64,000 nucleotides of DNA. Origin: Podarcis bocagei (taxonomy: Eukaryota). The stretch lies in the NCBI GenBank assembly GCA_964188305.1, contig OZ076899.1. One strand, 5' to 3'. Positions 60,829-64,000 of this stretch are shown here, one piece after another. Every line of letters begins with the position of its first letter. Position 1 is the first letter of the stretch. The notes below the pieces were generated by a model, which saw only the letters and a program-made list of their open reading frames with translations, had not been told where the DNA came from and made no database searches. Made by a program: the position numbers and the translations under genes.

Positions 60829-63134
60829 TTTTTTTTATAAGATATTTATTAAAGTTTCAGAAATAAAAAAAGAAGTTACAATAGTAATAATAAGAAAAAG
60901 AAAAAAAAGAATAAAAGAAGAATAAAAAAAGAAAAAGAGAGTACAAAGTACGAAAAAAGTAAAAACAATTAAAAACAAATCAATCTTTCCATATCTTGTC
61001 TTTCATTCACTTGTTTCCCTGACCTCCTCACACCTCCCTTTTTTGTATTCCAGTTCAGTAAGTTAATTCAGCAAATCCTTTCCCTCTTTGTTTTTATCTT
61101 AAACCTTTGTCTTAATATGTAATAACTGTATATTCTCATCTGTTAACAGTCCATTTTTACATACTCCTTATAACATTGCTGCTAAAAAACCCTTAACTTC
61201 ATTCCAACATCATTCTAACATTCATTAATTTTACAGTATTTCTGTAGATAGTCTTTAAATTTCTTCCAATCTTCTTCCACCGACTCTTCTCCCTGGTCTC
61301 GGATTCTGCCAGTCATTTCCGCCAGTTCCATATAGTCCATCACCTTCACCTGCCATTCTTCCAGGGTGGGTAGATCTTGTGTCTTCCAGTACTTTGCAAT
61401 GAGAATTCTTGCTTCTGTTGTGGCATACATAAAGAGAATTCTATCCTTCTTTGGCACCAATTGGTCGATAATGCCCAGGAGAAAGGCCTCTGGTTTCTTC
61501 AGGAAGGTATATTTAAATACCTTTTTCATTTTGTTATAAATCATCTCCCAGAAAGCCTTAATCCTTGGGCACGTCCACCAAAGGTGAAAGAATGTACCGT
61601 ATTTTTCGCTCTATAGGACGCACTTTTTCCCCTTCAAAAATGAAGGGGGAATGTGTGTGCGTCCTATGGAGCGAAGAAGCCATAACCCCGTGACCATCTC
61701 CCGGCTGGAGAGGTGGCGCGCGGCTATGGCAGGAGCCTCTTTAGCCGCACACCACTTCTCCAGCTGGGAGAGGGTCGCGAGGGGCTTCTTTAGCTAAACA
61801 AGCCCCCCGAGACCCTCTCCCGGCTGGAGAGGTGACGCGCGACTATGGCAGGAGCCTCTTTAGCCGCGCGCGCGCTCTCCCGGCTGGAGAGGTGGTGCGC
61901 GGCTAAAGAGGCTCCTGCCATAGTCGCGCGTCACCTCTCCAGCTGGGAGAGCGCGCGCGCGGCTAAAGCAGCCCCCAGCGACCCTCTCCCAGCTGGGAGA
62001 GCGCCGCGCGGCAAAAGAGGCTACTGCCGTAGTCGCGCGTCACCTCTCCAGCTGGGAGAGGGTCGCGGGGGGCTGCTTTAGCCGCGCGCGCGCTCTCCCA
62101 GCTGGAGAGGTGACTCGCGACTATGGCAGAAGTCTCTTTAGCCGCGCACCACCTCTCCGGCAAGGAGAGCACGCGCGCGGCTAAAGCAGCCCCCCGCGAC
62201 CCTCTCCCAGCTGGAGAGGTGACGCGCGACTACGGCAGGAGCCTCTATAGCTGTGTGTCACCTCTCCAGCCTGGGGACCACGCGGGGGGCTATGGCAGGA
62301 GCCTCGCCGCTGCGCGCCTTTCCCCGCTCCCCGACCTGCTTTTTGGGGCTGGTGGTGGGCTTCCTCCTGCCAGCCCCAAAGAGCAGGTCGAAAGGAACCT
62401 GAAGCCTGGAGAGCGAGAGGGGTCGGTGGGCACCGACCCCTTTCGCTCTCCAGGCTTCCAAGGTAGCCGCCTGAAGGTGACTGAACGCACCTTAAACGGC
62501 ACCTTGTTTTAGAGGGGGGAAACAAGAGGGGGGAAATTCTCCCCCTCTCCGCGCAGCGCCTCCTGCCGCTTCGCTGAAATTTTTTTCCTTGTTTTCCCCC
62601 CTCTAAAACAAGGTGCGTCCTATTGTCCGGTGCGTCCTATAGAGCGAAAAATACGGTACCTTCAGTTTCTTTGCATTTCCAACATTTATTATCGGGCAAA
62701 TGATAAATTTTTGCAAGCTTGACTGGGGTCATGTACCACCTGTATATCATTTATATAATATTCTCTCTTAAGGCATTACATGCCGTGAACTTCATACCTG
62801 TGGTCCATAACTGTTCCCAGTCAGCCATCATAATGTTATGTCCAACATCTTGTGCCCATTTAATCATAGCAGATTTCACCGTTTCATCTTGAGTATTCCA
62901 TTTCAACAGCAAGTTATACATTCTTGACAAATTCTTAACTTTAGGATCTAACAGTTCTGTTTCCAGTTTTGATTTTTCCACCTGGAAGCCAATTTTCTTA
63001 TCCAAATTGTATGCCTCCATTATTTGATAATAGTGAAGCCAATCTCGCACTTTGTTTTTTAATTTTTCAAAGCTCTGCAATTTCAATTTATCTCCCTCTT
63101 GTTCCAGAATTTCCCAATATTTCGGCCCGGGGGT
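60829..63134 (-). mobile_element. L1-clade LINE, 5'-truncated (ORF2 C-terminus plus 3' UTR), interrupted by a DNA transposon
   Basis: ORFs 62751..63200 and 61215..61544; CWKC...H....C knuckle; AATAAA and poly(A); perfect 17-bp TSD ctccttcccattttcta (60812-60828, 63135-63151). Confidence 0.9.
61597..62656. mobile_element. Tc2-like non-autonomous DNA transposon, 1060 bp, with a GC-rich repetitive interior
   Basis: Perfect 27-bp TIR ccgtatttttcgctctataggacgcac; TA TSD; L1 frame is restored on removal. Confidence 0.93.
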
Positions 63135-63587
63135 CTCCTTCCCATTTTCTAGAGGAGAATTTCCCAGATGCCATGGCCAGGTTCGGCCGTGTGCAGCCAT
63201 AACTGAATCCAGTTATGGTCTGATTCAGGCTCAAACTGAAAGCAGGAGCCTGAAGTGCAGCAGAGAGCTTATGCTCTGTTGAACAGGTAACGCTAGATGA
63301 AAGGGATCTGAGCATTTTATGCCTGCCGCCAGGCATACTCCTGCCTGTCAGTCTTGGAGATCAATGTTGCATAGTCATCTTCTGTTTATATCTAGCAGTC
63401 AAAGGCAAGACAATGTCTTGGGATGTAGGAATACTCCCAGAATTCACCTGAGTTCACACCAATTAGCAAAGCCAAGTTAGCAAAGAGCTAAAGACAATGG
63501 GAACTCAGTAAGTGCATACTGATGGAGCATATGAGTGTTCTGGGGCATCAACCATGATTGCTAAATAATTGTAAGCGAACCATGCAC

Positions 63588-63713
63588 CAGGGATGGAGAA
63601 CTTGTGGCTCTCCAGCTGTTGATGAACTACAGCGTGTGCCAGCATGGCCAGTGGTCAGGGATGATGGGAGCTGTAGTCCAACAACCTCTGGTGACCACAG
63701 GCTTTCCATCCCT
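63588..63713. mobile_element. hAT-type palindromic MITE relic (similar relics near 14425, 36775, 40205 and 47640)
   Basis: cagggatggagaacttgtgg / ccacaggctttccatccctg ends; actaca..tgtagt arms as in the 6727 copy. Confidence 0.7.
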
Positions 63714-64000
63714 GTTATGCATGAATGCAAATTGCACCACCAAATTACTTGACAAACATGGATCAAATCTGATGCAAGCCATTGTTCTTTAATGTGGGGC
63801 CACTTCATGGTGGCTTCCAAGTCTTGAAACACTCAGGAGTATCAGTAGCTATGAAAATTTATTTCAGCACTCACTCCTAATTTGGTTCATGTAAACGTTC
63901 CCTGGACAGTTCTGAACACAGAAAGCTCCTTGGAAACAAGAACACTGCCTCTTTGTGTTGCAATTTGAAAATCACACCCTGTTTTATATCTTCCAAGGGC

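Noticed and set aside
61845-62525. Several Ala/Arg-rich ORFs, and a superficially CRISPR-like repeat pattern
   Set aside because: Products of a GC-rich repeat inside TIRs; units occur in both orientations with no unique spacers, and there are no cas genes in this vertebrate DNA.

Overview
Vertebrate genomic DNA, almost certainly a lacertid lizard (Podarcis-type Sauria SINEs, Squam3-like SINEs, Bov-B, squamate L2/CR1/Penelope). It holds two head-to-head protein-coding genes whose start codons are 360 bp apart on a shared CpG-rich bidirectional promoter. AAGAB is complete on the minus strand (10 coding exons, 930 nt, 309 aa, all GT-AG, frame continuous). IQCH is on the plus strand (first 13 coding exons, 704 codons, continuing past the window end). 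The rest is intron/UTR sequence with many transposons, several nested with readable target-site duplications. Nearly all short ORFs in the supplied track are noise or TE fragments. I found no convincing wholly new biological system. The most notable observations are: a Penelope-borne minimal hammerhead ribozyme with a core substitution, in sense orientation in AAGAB intron 1; a young 1.06-kb CpG-rich, highly palindromic Tc2-like non-autonomous element splitting an L1 zinc knuckle; a three-level TE nest; an RFX X-box at the IQCH side of the promoter; an octamer-rich dimeric tandem repeat; and a ~20-kb TE-poor stretch of IQCH introns. Family names and comparisons to human orthologues come from recall, not from searches.
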